Shown here: piece after piece, positions 13,601 through 28,600 of the stretch
Layout of the letters: each line of letters opens with the position of its first letter
Position numbering within the stretch: the stretch's first letter is position 1
NCBI RefSeq assembly: GCF_964355755.1
Contig: NC_092678.1
Span: forward strand, 24,817,365 to 24,881,364
DNA: 64,000 nt
Direction: 5' to 3'
From: Antedon mediterranea
Lineage: Eukaryota; Animalia; Echinodermata
Made by a program: the position numbers and the translations under genes
The notes under the pieces: model-generated
What the model was told of the DNA's origin: nothing
Database searches by the model: none
The model's input: the letters and a program-made list of their open reading frames with translations, nothing else

Positions 13601-16600
13601 ATGAGAATGAAGTATGTTAATAACTTGTTTTTGTCAACATAAGTGTATAAATGACATCTTAAAGTGTTGTTTGTCCTTGTAGATAAACAAGTTACTATTA
13701 ACATATACACAACCCTCAAATATTTCTAAATATGGAGTGCTAGTAACAGTGGCGTAACGGTTATGCGCGCTCCCTGGCTACTAAACCGAGGGGCCCCAGA
13801 CCTTATGGGGGGGAGGGGGGGTCTGAGCAGTGCCCAGGCATTAAATTATGTCAAAAAAGGCTAAAAACGCCCAAGGCCTCCAGCGTTGGAGGGCCACTTA
13901 GGCTTTTGTAAACCAGGGCCTCAGGCCTCTGCGTTACAGCACTGGAAATTAATAGTATGACACCATAACAGCATTAAATTAAAAGTGAAAACAACTATAA
14001 ATGTAATTTACTAATTTCTATTAAATTGTCCAGTTAGTTTAATTTAACTGGAACTTTTCTCCAATTAAATCAATGTAATGGTTGTCACTTATTACTAGAA
14101 CAACTTATAAACCAGACTTACTGCAGGTAGCCATAGGTTCACATCTACAGCTCTGTCTACACTATCAAACATTATGTGAAAAAAAATGTGATGTGCCCAT
14201 ATATGGACATGGTGATGTCATATCACTACCATATTTGGCTATAACTGTATCACTAGCATATTTATATATAATCAAAATAAAATCCATTCAAATAACTAAG
14301 AATAGTTAGGTAAGTAGGGTTTTCAATGAACTTTTATACTATTAATATAGTGTATAGGTATTTGATGAATGAGTGAAAGCTCTGTCTACACCATCAAACT
14401 TTATGTGACAAAAAAATGTGATGTGCCCATAATGGATGATGTCATAGCACTACCATATTTGGGTATAAACCTTTTTTATCAAACTACTTTGATAGTGTAG
14501 ACAGAGCTTTTTGATGCTACTACTAGAAATTCAACTTAAATTCAAGTTAATAAGGTTAACAAGTATTCTATTTATATGAGTCATCTTATGATATTTTAAC
14601 ACCTGTGTATCAATTGCATTTCACAAATCATTCTTCCGCACATAAATAAATTTATTTTTTTATTCATGATAAAAAAAAAACATTTATGAATGAGATGTTT
14701 TAATTGTGTTTGTACATAGGAAGGAAGAGTTCTCTATGTACCATGTTAATCATACAAGGTTTTGTTGTTTGTATAACCAACCTTCAATGACCTAACTTAT
14801 TAACTGTAGCTCAAAAGAATTTACAAAGTTGTAGATAAATAAGTAGTTTTACGCTTACAATGTTAAATTCTTAGGAGGCCAAACCAAATCTAAGTTGATT
14901 GAGGAGCTTTAACACATTGCAATTTTTGCTCTAATTTTTCATTTCTTTTTTCATTTCTTTTTTCCGGTGATCTCAAAGATGGTATCAAAATGGATAAACC
15001 CTTTTTCCTGACTTGTCATACAAAGATCTTCATAGATCCTTGATCGCTAAGCAATTTAAAATGTGACAAATTATCCGTAATTGAATTATTTTGCATGATT
15101 AACTTGTTTCCCTAATGAAACCCTATTTTTAATTCATTATTTTTTAATGGTGTTTGTGTTCAAACAATTAATCAAGAAATGTATTAATTGGGTTTCAATT
15201 GAACATTTTTCATTTAAAAAAAAACATTTAAGGAAAAAACGTTTAGAATGTTGGTAGAATTGGATGTAAAAGAGGCGTGACATGTGAAAGTATGCGTATC
15301 CCTCTAAAATAGATTTCCTCCATTATACATTTGCAAATTAGATTATAAAAATGATTTTTCATAAATGAAAACACTTAAAATTAAGTTTATTGCACTTCAA
15401 CCAATTGCTGACCTTTTACTTTTCCTCTGCCTAATTAGTGTAGTCTGCAAACTTAAGTGTAGGATAAGTTTGAGAGGATTAAAAGGAAAACATCTACAAG
15501 ATACTAATCCCCATGGATTAGTAATGGTTAGGATTTTAATCCTTCCCGAACAAATCCTGTTATACACTTTTAAAATTAAGTTTTCACTTAAATAAACTTG
15601 CATGAGTAAATAAACTTCTGTTTACAGATAATTGAGAGTGGGCTGTTTGAAAACGCATTGACAGTTAAAGAGAAGAAGAAGAATTAAACCTAGTATTTTT
15701 TTATTTCATCCGCATCCAACAGCAAGCACAAACTCACCAATTACAGGATAAACTATTTTATAATTTATTGTGCTTATAAAATAAAAAGGTCTTTTGAGGC
15801 TTATAGGGAATAAAGTTAAAAGACTAGGCTTATAGGGAATGAAGTTAAAAGACTAGGCTTATAGGGAATGAAGTTAAAAGACTAGGCTTATAGGGAATGA
15901 AGTTAAAAGACTAGGCTTATAGGGAATGAAGTTAAAAGACTAGGCTTATAGGGAATGAAGTTAAAAGACTAGGCTTATAGGGAATGAAGTTAAAAGACTA
16001 GGCTTATAGGGAATGAAGTTAAAAGACTAGGCTTATAGGGAATGAAGTTAAAAGACTAGGCTTATAGGGAATGAAGTTAAAAGAGTAGTGTCGTGAGTTA
16101 CAATCCTAGCACTAGGTCAGGACTGAACCCAGACATTGGAATTGTAAGGCAAACATGTTAATCACCAAGCTACAGCGCCACTACAAGACAGTAAACATAA
16201 GAGGTATTCATCAAGCATAAAAAAGTCATTTGATTTCATTTTTATTTGAACCCGTCTGAACAGGCACATAATTTATGAGATTCAATATTTAAGAAAACAA
16301 AGGGAACAAAAATGATAAATCAAAAATATCCCCAGCAAAGAAAAACTGTTTTAAAAATAATATTTAAAAGTAAATGCATCCTTTTACTTTATTAAAATCA
16401 AAATAAAATCCATTTAAATAAAAAAAAGTTCTTCTTCTATCATCCTATCAATCCCTTTGGAAGACGGAAGAAAAGAAATGATAGTGGGACTTAAAAGTAT
16501 GGTTTTTAATGAACTTGTATTATATTATTATATTATATTATTACTTGAAAAATATAATAACGTTATTTGCTGAATGAGTGATATAGTATTATTAAATTGG

Positions 16601-19600
16601 TATTTGATAGATTGAATATATATAACTTATGGTAGTCAACCATCACATAAAATTCCTTATGAACACATTATAATCAAATTAATTGGCCACTTGTGAAATC
16701 TAAAGTGACATTTTATTTGAAATTTGAAGGTAATATAATTCAGATACTGAAATATTCTAGATATTCTATGCTATATTTACTATTAATAGGAAAGCGAGTT
16801 AGTTTGTCAACTATCACATGTATTTCCTCCTGACATGGATTTGAGGCATTGTATCCTGATTGGTGAGTCAACCGCCACAAGAGACGTGGGAAGAAGCTTG
16901 ATAAAACATACTGTTACAAGCAACACAGTAGCAAGACGACGAATTAAGAATATGCTTAGGTAAGGACTTTGGCGTTTGGGAACAACAGAATCAAGGGAAT
17001 TGGAAGATGTAGGGCAAACTGTTCCTACTGCACAGTAGCTATACCTTCTGAATGGACGGATGGAAAACAATCTGGCATCCATTAACTTACGGATGTAAAT
17101 CTTCTGACAGGGAACCCAACTGTCAAAGTCTTCCACCCAACCTGAGGCACATTTTAAGCCCTTCCACCCTTACTTATTTCAACACCGAACTTAAGAAACT
17201 TCTGGATACTGGAAGTAGTACTCATCATTAAGATCCAACCCTACCTACAGTACATCACTAATTTTAAATACTAATGGTTTCTAGAACATGAGAAAGGGTC
17301 TATTGCAAAGAGATTCATCACTATCTTTAGTGAACATGAAGACAAAACAGGTATTATAGGGCGATTTTAATTTGCAATGACCGACGAAATAACTATATCA
17401 TGTTAGTTCATTGTGCACATGCAGAAATATGTGAACATTTGTACTCGCTCCTCACATTGACACAGGTTTGAAGTTTTCTAGGTCCAGCCGACGACCGAAG
17501 ACATATCGATTGACCTGAGTTGGTCATCGGTCCTCGAAAGTTCTCTCATGTATAAACATGTACAAGCAATCTCAATGGCTCCAAACATCCACCCAAAGAA
17601 TGAGAGAGTAAAACCCTTTGCCTAAGGAAAGCAATCATGTCATGAAGATAAATCAAATTAAACTTTAGAAATAATCCATCAGTTCAAATAAAATGCTTAT
17701 AAAATAACAAATAAAATGTATTTGAACATAACATACACTGACTAATTAACAGTTTCCTCCAGGAGGCAAAGTGCTTAGTTGCTTTGGCAGAGAACTTAAA
17801 TGTTGAGGTCGGTAGAAAGTAAGCCATAGGCCTTTGGATATACGTTTACAAACTCTGGTCCAAAGTTTGGTACATCATTCTTGTCCTTGGGCATGATAAC
17901 TAATTTAATCTAAAATACCAGCACTTCAAGTTTATGATGCAGCAATATTAGTTTTTTGTTTGAGTTGGGACATCGATCACCTCTGGCAACATCAAATTTA
18001 AACCCAACTGTGAAATTTTAAGATAACAGGATACAGGTAAATGTTAATGCTTTTAATCGAAAACATTTACAGAAACATCACTTCTTTCATCATCTACCAA
18101 GGATTCTCTTTTTCTATGAGTTGTTCTACTCCACTTGGCTACCACTCCAAGGGTCCTGGGTTCAAATCCCGTCACATGTCAGGATTTTTTCTAAGGACCA
18201 AATTACTCCACACCCAAAGACTTGTAATAAGACTTTGTTTATGTAGAGCATCTTGTGTATATGTTTGTCTTATGAACCTCTGAGTGTCCCTAATGATCAG
18301 CAATAGCTGGATGGATCACCCTCATTAAAAATGGTTAAAAAAACAAAAACAAAAAAAAACTGTGGACTGACCAAACTTACTTTACTTGTATCTACAATAC
18401 AGTCGACTCTCCCAATACCATACTTTCTGAAAAAAAGAAACTCCCCCAAAACCAGACTTTTCATGAGGTTCAAAAGGTCCCAAAATTCATTTGTACCATT
18501 AAAAACACACATTCCGAATACCAGACTTTCCACAAAGAAAAAACAGACATAATAGGCCAGCCCAATGGTGTCCAGTATTGGGAGAGTTTACTGTATATTC
18601 CATATGATAGTAACTTTGGTTTGAACTATCATAAATTTATTCATATTATGCTGCAGCCATGGAACTTCAATTGTGTTCAGACCCGACTGTTGCCAGAATG
18701 CATAGGTATTTTAACCATTACTGGTTTCCTAGGCAGAGCATACAAACAGATTACCATTCAAGTATGCTACAGAAACCATGTTGAATCCACCAATAATTGT
18801 GTTAGTGTTATATTCCCCAGGAGAATGTAGGCAGACAAGGGACAAAACTGGGCCAATTCAACACACATACAAATTCCTTCAGTGACTAAAAGAAGTTATA
18901 TTTACCCTGGCAATATGAATTGTAGAAGAGCTAGGCTTCCTCCATAGGGAGTTAAAAAATGACTATGTACCTATATTAGTATTGCATATTGGTGAATAGG
19001 CAGAAATAATTTCAATGATGCTTTGTCCAAAAGATGATTGAATTCTACATTTCCTCAATCTTATAACACATCTATCGAAGCATTTAACTCATTGGGCATT
19101 CCATGGTAAAAATTAATGTTAATTCTTACCTCAATCTTATACAACATCTATTGAACAACAAGACATTTAACTCATTGGGTATTTCATAGTAAAATAAATG
19201 CTACTATTCTTACCTCTTGTGAGAGTACAGCATCCGTACCAATAAGTTGTACTTGACCATTCACCAAATCATCTGTAGTGTGATGACCCAGAGATGACCC
19301 TTGACCCTGGATGTCATCCGTAGAGCGATCATGTACCAATCCTGACGAATCATGTTCTATATCATCATTTAATACTGCAAAAACAATATATAAATAAATT
19401 AAGGTTTTTAAATTGTGTGATGCCAACAACTATGTTTTTTGGTGAAGATATGTAAGTTTTGTGGAACAGGATTTATTAAATAAAGGGTCTTTAAATTCTT
19501 TTTAATAATTAAAGTGCATATCATAAAAATGTCTGTAATCCTTAACCATAAGCTAAAAATGACACTTTTGCTACCATACATCCACAAGGTTAACAAAGTG

Positions 19601-22600
19601 GTCTTAAAGGCCCGGGGCGGGCAAAAAATTTCTATTGATCATACATTCCAATAATTATCGATCTATAGTTTCCCCTATGTTTCATAATTTTTGGGATTTT
19701 ATTTGTGTTACACAAGCTTGTTGGAAATAAGCACTTTCTTATCAGTGGGGGGATAGTTCAAATTACACAGTAAAATCTCTATTCTTTTGTACACAAATTT
19801 TGTAAATAGCGAGGCATTTTAAAAAGCTATGAAAAATAAATGGTGTGGTAAAAAATGTTATCAGATGACTAAATATAGGTAATATAACTTGAATATTACA
19901 TTTCTGATATTTTTATTCAACTTCAGATTTTTATTTCATCTTTTTTCACCGTCTAGGGAGTCACCCGACATGTTATTACATTAGGTTAACTACCTAACTA
20001 CTGAAAAAGGGTCTTCCTGGTTTTTATGGAAGAATTTTGCCAAATTTTGTATTTGACCATATTAAGGGAAATTCATGTTTTTTCGTCTCGATTTCTGTTA
20101 CAAATATTTGATTTATGTACAATTAACCAAATATTATATTTAAAATTCATGCCTGTACCTGAGCTTTAAAATGGACAAAGACTATAACAAGGATTCTATT
20201 TGGTGGACCTGCCAAAAGTTCAAAAATAGATTGTCAATAATATTTTAATCAGACTGAGATATTCAGACATGGCTTTCACGGTTGAAAGATCAAGTTAAGT
20301 TTTAATCTAGTTTACCTGTTGAAATCCCTCTCAAATAATTAAGAGATCTGTTAGTGGGTTCACCTATAGGATAGTTTACCTTGTTTATGCAATACAAAGG
20401 AAGATATAAAACCTAAAGTTGCATTTAAATGACAGTTTTATCACAAAAGGATTTTGATATTGCGTCATGGCAGGTGCTTGTATGGTTCAAAAAAGGTATA
20501 ATCCTCTGACCACCTATTTATATTGGATTAATTGTGGATTAGTATGTGGATTATAGTTGGGATTAAAGTGTAGATTTTATGGTGTTTTTATTTTGTAACA
20601 AGCAAGATACATTTCAAGCCACTGGGTTTTACCAAATAAAATTGAATCAATTATTTGGCCTGAAAAATTATATACTTTACTATCTGCATGCCCACACTGT
20701 TTGCTTTCAAATCTGGTTCAACAATACATCTTAAGAAGCAGAAAATGGGTTCATAAAGGTGTTTTTCACCTGTCTACAGTTTAACAGAAACTAGGGACCA
20801 TTGACAAAACAAAAGAGTTGTAACAAAAAGACCTTGTCTAATGTAAAAAGATGGATTGCTTGTGAAGCGTATCGCATTAAAGTTAATTGTGTTTGTAACC
20901 CCTGCATCAATATCTGTGCTCATCCTTTAAGCCTACATCCACCTACAAGTTCATAATTCCGTTTTTAATTGTTCTAAGCCTCACCTTTATCTATTCAACA
21001 ACGACACTGAAGCGTTCTAACCTACCTGTTACTAATGAACTTGACTTAAGTGAAAAGACAACCTAACAATAAAAAGTTTAATTCTAATACTACATAAATG
21101 GTTGACACAAGGGTAAGGTCAGGAGTTCAATGATGCTCTATCCTTCAGAAAATCTGCAGTTTAAACTTTTGTATCAAAATCTTCTTCTTTAAAAAGATTT
21201 AGAATTCAAGGTACAATGATTTACAGTAAAAAGTAAATTTTCAACGGTTTATTGGAACATTTGAATTTTCAGAATAAAAGCTTAACATCTCATGGAAGAC
21301 GAGGCATGATATACGAAACACGAACAATATATTGAAAATATTGGATGACTGTTAAAAAAGAATAGCATTCTTAATTAAAACACAACTGTTTAGGCATAAT
21401 GGTAAAAGATTAACAGTAGAGAATTATATTGCTGTCATACCAGATAGGTGGTATGACTCCTGACACAGGAGCGCTTTTTGTGGACCAGTTCAACGGTATA
21501 ACCCTCTACCTGTCAATCAATAAAGTCAATGTTGCCAACCAAAACGGCCAAAAAATGAATACAATTTAAAATACTATTTTCAGATGGAAAAGTACTTTGC
21601 ACTTTTGTTTAAACTAGTATGTCAACTTAATCTAATTGAAAAGTTAGATAACTAAAAAAAGATAATAGGATTATAGGAAGATGCCATAACTGCCACCGTT
21701 TCCTCATCTGTTGCTAAGTTCTAATACTTGCTAACTGACAGTTGATATCAAGTGGTCAATTGCGTTAATGATGTCCACCTGGTCAAGACTAATTATTAAG
21801 CATCTTCGGATATCCTTTGACGCTTACATCTTGTCTAAAGCTCTCTCTACACTTATCAAACTAGTTTGACAAAAAAAGTGTGATGTGCCCAAATATGGTA
21901 GTGATATTCCCAAATATGGTAGTGATGTGACATCATCGTGTCCATATATGGGCACATCACATTTTTTTGTCTCATAAAGTTTGATAGTGTGGACAGAGCT
22001 TGATACTGTGTGAGTGTGCTAGTGTGGACAGAGCTTGATACTGTATGAGTGTGCTAGTGGGCACGATATAAGGAGACATGTACATAGAATTTGCATATGA
22101 ATCTTAAATCAACGTATAACTAGAAATTATAAATATATGTAACACGAAACTGGAAGATACTATAATTATAGTATTTCAATTTGAAATGTATGGCATCATT
22201 TTATGGTCAACATAGAGGTTACATTTATGTGTGTAAATTAGTATACAAATAATGAATGTTTATGAGTGCAATGGTACAAATAATGGCACGAGGTGAATGA
22301 TGAAAGGTTATCAGGGAACATTTTCGCCAGTGTAGCGTAGCAAAAAGCTATACAAAACAACTTTATTGCTACAGAGGCAAAGCCGAGTTGATATAACCTT
22401 TCATCATTCACCAAGTGCCATTATTTGTACCATTACACGAATACAAAACATTCATTATTTGTTTTATATAACATCTAGACGGTTTTTTTTCGTACACAAA
22501 AATGTTTCAAAAAGTACTATTTAACAATCGTTGAATAGTGCGTACTATTGCACGCCATGTGACCCACATTCGTCCAATCAAATGACAGGAATTTATATAG

Positions 22601-25600
22601 GTGTTATATAATAGGCTTTCATGTATGATTGCCTCTAAATAACAACCAAATGTGTGCAATTTGATGGCAGCATTCATCACGAAGCGACACTTAATGAAGA
22701 AGAAAGTTCTTGTACGTGTCGTCCACACCTGTGTGCAATTTGGCCCAGTTAGGCTACAAGACACAGGATATTCTCCCCATTCACATGTAGGCTGTAGGTT
22801 ATTGTACAGCCTGATTCAACCTTAAAGGAATAGTACGGAGAAAAGGAAGGTTGAACCACATACTGTGTTCAACAAGATTAGAAGTGTTGGTTTATAATCT
22901 GCTAATAACATTATTGGATGTTAAGATTAAAGTGACAACAAGGAAATTCTGGTTCCCCTCTGATACTTAAATCATAGACCTATAATAAATTCTGGTTTCC
23001 CTCTGATACTTAAATCATGGACCTATAATAAATTCTGGTTTCCCTCCGATACTTAAATCATGGACCTATAAGCCCATGCTTAAATTGAGAATAATTCTAT
23101 GACTATGAATGAATCTTAAAATAATTTAGGGGTGAAAAATACAAACAGAAATGTAATAATTTAAGATGGAAATAAATTTAATATTTGATTGAGGTTATAA
23201 AAATGAAACTGATATTTAAATATGAATTTGATTTACAATGTGTATTGCAATCTGTCAACAAAGTTCACAAATTGGTTTTATTTAACTCACCTTCTTAAGT
23301 GAATTATGTTGTTTTAATACAAACTATACTTAGTTGTTGTATAAGTGACACTTACCTTCGTCAGTGTTTGGGGGCGTGTTCATCATCAAATGCTCTTGAG
23401 CTGATTGGTTGAGTTGAACTGTTACGTTATCGTTGCCGAGTGAAGTTGCCTTCAGGAAAAAAAAAGCAAATGTGATTTTTTATGAGTAGTGAGTATCAGA
23501 GCGGTTGAGACAGTGGAAACGTAATTATGTAGTCATAACATCAGCAAGGTTTCGAGGCTCACTCACTCCATGGTTCTGGTGGTAGAACGAGTCTTCTCGG
23601 ATAAGGACTATAAACCGTAGGTCCAATGTACACATCTAGCTCGTGTGCACTTTAAAGAACCTAGTACATCTTTCGAGAAAAGTAGGGGGGGGGGTTACCC
23701 CATGGCACTACAGCAGTACACACACAGTCACTGGTAATAACTCTGGGAGACCAGTCCTTGACTGAAAAGGTTACCCAGTATAAATAAATAACAAATCTAT
23801 TCCTATACAATAAACAAATATATTATAAAAATATATATAAAACATTTCTAATGTTATACGGCAGGAATGAACAAAATAAAAAGAAAAATTTGCAGACAAA
23901 CATGACCTACTTTTTTACCCCACTCCCCCACCCGCACACCAACAGACATGTTCTTTGGAGAATCACTCACTGCAGCATGCCCCTTCCTGTAAACACTAAC
24001 TGCATACTACTATTACATAGATTAATGTATTATATACTTTATCTTATAAAAATCAAAAAGGATAAATGTCTAAAAATAGACTATCAAGATGCCAGATTCA
24101 ATTAGTAAAAGATGAACAAACTCTGATGACAAATAAACTGGTTTTTCCTTTGCTTAAATACAGTCATGGTTTATATATCTGTACATGGTTCAAATACCGA
24201 CTGGACCTAAGCACAGCAAATGATTCGTCTCTTATCATTATGCTCCAGAAATCTACTCAGACTTATTTAATTATCGATCACTTAAGGATCTTCCCGCTTC
24301 TGGCGATCCTGAGAGCTCGACATGTGAGAAAAATTATTAAGGAGAGCATTAACATTAAATAGACATGGTTCAAAAATAACATTAACAAACATATTGTATA
24401 AACCTTTTGTTTACTCCAAATATGACAGATATAGGACATTTCATTAAGAATGTTGAAGAAACTAAATTTACTGCACGAAGCCTAAGTTTATTTAACCCAG
24501 TTTGGCATAGAAGCAGAAAAAACTCACCAAATTTATAAGCATAATTTTTTTTTGTAACTAAAATTCCCGGAATACTTTTTTAACAGACAGAAGGGACCTC
24601 CACTAAGTTATCAAAACTAAGATATACATCAATATAAAATGTTGAGGTCAAAGGTTAAATTGTGTATGATGGATAATGAGTCTTGAACATAATCCAAACA
24701 CTCAAGGGATTAATACAACTTTAAGTTCATAAAGTACTTTAAAGAATAGTAAGACTAAGTTCCCACTATACAAAATCTAAGAAATGCAGAAAAAGCATAA
24801 AGCATACTTGATCATACATCAAAACTTTTTAATACATGGATGACAGAAGTTTCTAAATCAATCGGTAATTTACGTTTTACTCTTTTTTAGTTTAATACAC
24901 AATCCAATATTTGACCAATATTTTTATTTTGTATAATTTGATTTCATGTCAGATTTTGTTTATTCTAATTCTGTTTCCGGCTGTCCATCAGTCATCAATC
25001 AAAATCTATTTTTGAGATATCTGTACCAATTAATCAAAATTTAAGTTTTTATAGTTTCCTTGGAAATCTTGCATTTGTTTCAAGAAATCAAAACGTGCTG
25101 ATGGACTAATAAGTCTCAACAATCATACAAAATATTTTTATTTCTTAAAAATCGAAAAAGTATGTTGGCAATTACAAGATATTTAATGTACACAATATAT
25201 ATATATATATATATATTGATTTAGCTTTTCACTTTTTTTTGTATCTCCATTGAGATCCAGCAGCTGATACCCACAGCATTGTCATTTTTTTCATTAATTT
25301 GCCTTTGGATTTATATATGTTTTTATTTATTTGACACGGTCAAGGGGTTGCGAGAGAACTAAGTGCTATAAGACGTAGCTCTGTCCGAAATCCATAATGT
25401 ACTCTTTAACAAATTATTTTGACTTCGTTCAAATGCTGGGTATGATTACAACAAAATAATATCTTTCTTTGAAATTTGGATGAAAAAATAACCTTTTTAT
25501 GTATGTTATCTTCTTTTAATTGCTTTGTCTTTGTCCTGCATATGCTTGCTCTTCCAAGCTGTCACCTGCGATGTTTGTTACATTCTTATGTTTTTTTATT

Positions 25601-28600
25601 TGAAATAAAGGATGATATTAGTACATGTATATTCAATGTTACTTTCAAAATTGAGATGAGTAAATGTTCCGATTTCCGGGAGTGACACCAAAATGTCATT
25701 CCTAAAGTCTTTTTGGTGACCATGCAATAAATAACAGTATAGAAACAGAGGCCAAGCAACCTGACCCTCCCCTTAATTTTTAATTCTGTTTAATTTGTAT
25801 TTCCTCAAACTGTCACATAATATTACTGTCTGTTTTATTTATTAAGTACGGTATCATGTTGCTGTGAATACTGTATTGGAAATGTTGTATTCATTTTTTT
25901 AAATGTAAAAGTCAGTAGCTTAGATTTGGACGTGGCTATCCTATTACTGCAGCCACATGTACGCAAGTATGTACGCATAAGATGAGTCACACTTTCGAAC
26001 AATCTGCCATAAATGGAACAAACATTGCAAGTTTTTTTTTAAAACTACAAACTTGTTTGACCATATTATTTCTTCCATGGTTTGACAAAGAAAGTGTGTG
26101 CAAATATGGTGGTGATGTGCCCAAATATGGTTGTGATATGACATCATCATGTCCATATATGGGCACATCACATTTTTTTGTCACATAAAGTTTGATAGTG
26201 TAGACAGAGCCTTAAAGATGAGTGGCAGAATCTTGAACTCACTGATAAATAAATGAGTTAATTTGGCATTTCACCTCGGACAAATTACATCATCGTCTGC
26301 CTGAATTGGTTGTCGCTGAACCATGATAGAATTACAGAATATTGTCATTTCAAATAATTTACAGGTGAAAGGAGGTAGAACGGCACTTCCTGCCTCACAG
26401 GTGTCTAAAGGAATGCTACTAGAAAGTAGGTTACCAACTTAGGACCCTACTAAGTAGGTTACCAACTTAGGACCGTACTAAGTAGGTTGCAGTACGGACT
26501 TACATGCATCCTGAATAAAATTAACGAATAAATGATGACTATCACTGTGGAGAAAATATAGTTTTTAGTAAAATTAATTAAAAAAATAAACAACTAAAAA
26601 TAATCAAGTTAAATGGGACTAAGACGTGCCTTCCTTCTGAATAAGATGCCAAGACAAAATTTGTGTAATATATGAGCTACTGTATCTGGGTGTCCTTTGG
26701 ACAGTCTGGTCTCATTGGTCTAAAATTCTCAAAAAGTTTGAAGTCTGGACACTGACCAGTAATAACATTATAACTGAGCTCAAAACTTACTGGACCACAG
26801 CCAGGTACCTCAACCCCTGCAGGGTCTGAGAAACAGGTTATGCACCTGGGGTAATCAACTTATCTAGGTCTAAGTAAGTACAAAGGTGTTAGACTACATT
26901 GGCAAACCTTTGGTCAGGTGAAAGGATATATTATAAATGATAATATATAAAGGACAAGAAAAGGAACGGCATGGTATGTCCTGGAAGTGACACTGATGAT
27001 ACTAAACCATTCCAACTTTTAGAAGTATAACATACATGTAGGCCTACATTATCAAAGCAAAATTAAACACTGGAAATAGAGTGTTAGTTAACTAATTAAA
27101 ACGGAGCTTCCTAATTTAGGAATTCTGGCACAAGACTAAAGAGGATCCATCACCAAGACAAAAGAAGAAATGCATGGTATCTTCATGGAAAAACAGTACA
27201 AAACATTGCAACATTTAGAAGTAAAACACATGTACATTATCAAAGCAGAATAAACCAGTGCAAAGAGAGTGTTAGTTAGAACACACACTAATTGAAACGG
27301 AGCTTCCTAATTTAGGAAGTTATACCACTCACTATGTAAAATTGATGGATCTGTTGATATTTTGTTTGATTCCCTTGCTTGTTTCCGTCACAAGGTTTTG
27401 TCTAATGTCAGTAATATTTAAATGTTGTCTTGTTATCTGTTGATTTTTGCTTGTATATAATATGTTATATTTTAAGACTTTCCACCCTGTTAATGGTGAT
27501 GTTTGGTCACTGTAGGGTGATGATGAAATAAAATAAAAAATAAAATAAATTTAGGAATTGGCACGACACTAAAGAGAATCCATCACCAAGACAAAAGAGG
27601 AAATACACGGTATTTTCATGGAAAAAACACTAGAAAACATTGCAGCACATGTACATTTTCAAATCGGAATTAACCAGTGCAAAGAGAGTGTTAGTTAGAA
27701 CACACACTAATTAAAACGGAGCTTCCTAATTTAGGAATTGGCACGACACTAATAATAAAGAGAATCCATCACCAAGACAAAAGAGGAAACACACGGTATT
27801 TTCATGGAAAACACACTAGAAAACACTGCAACACATGTACATTATCAAATCAGAATTAACAAGTGCAAAGAGAGTGTTAGTTAGAACACACACTAATTGA
27901 AGTAGAGCTTCCTAAACTTAGGAATTCTGGCAGTAAACTAAAAAGAATAATTATTTATTTAGGATGTAACCATTCATGATCCAAGATGGAAAAAAAACGG
28001 AAATTGTTATGAATAATGCAATTTTTTTTGCACAATTTGACAGGTTAGTTTTCCACTGCACAGCTTTTATCATTTACAAATTAAACCAAATTTATGCTTT
28101 TAATAAATTCAGTAATTTAATAATGTCTGAGTACAATTTCTTATCAAAACTTGCATATGTCTTAAAATACAAGAGATTTTTCTCAAGGGGTGGAGTGGAT
28201 GTCAAGGGGATTGATGAATGAATAATGTTATAAACATATTCAACATTGATAGCACATCAGGAAACTGATCACATATGCCCAATTATATCATGTGAATATA
28301 AATAAATGTTAGTTTGAAGGAGGAAATGTGCATGGTAATGTGTTATCAATGTAGATATGTTGAATTCTGTCCCTTATATATGTCACTTTCTCTGGGTTGA
28401 TACCAAAAGTTTTCAATTTATGATTTTAATGCTCTGTCCAATATTATTTTGTGTGGTCTGTCAATTTTGATTCTGATAGCGTGTGAAAGTAAATTTATCT
28501 TCAATCAAGAGCATGGCTGTAAAAGGACAGAGTGGATACAAACAAGCGGAGATGTTTAAACAGTACTTAGAATAGAGTAGTTGTGCAGTTTGGCAGGTAA

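Noticed and set aside
15797-16084. 29-bp (and 28-bp at 50751) direct repeats as a CRISPR array
   Set aside because: Repeats are head-to-tail with no unique spacers, there are no cas genes, and the context is a eukaryotic intron.
16093-18170. tRNA genes at B-box-like sites (16093-16182, ~18135-18170)
   Set aside because: No complete cloverleaf; they are better explained as SINE heads.
26275-26405. Possible extra DMTF1 exon on the minus strand
   Set aside because: Weak donor, and the phase-0 frame from the nearest good acceptor hits TGA. The flanking exons already join in phase.
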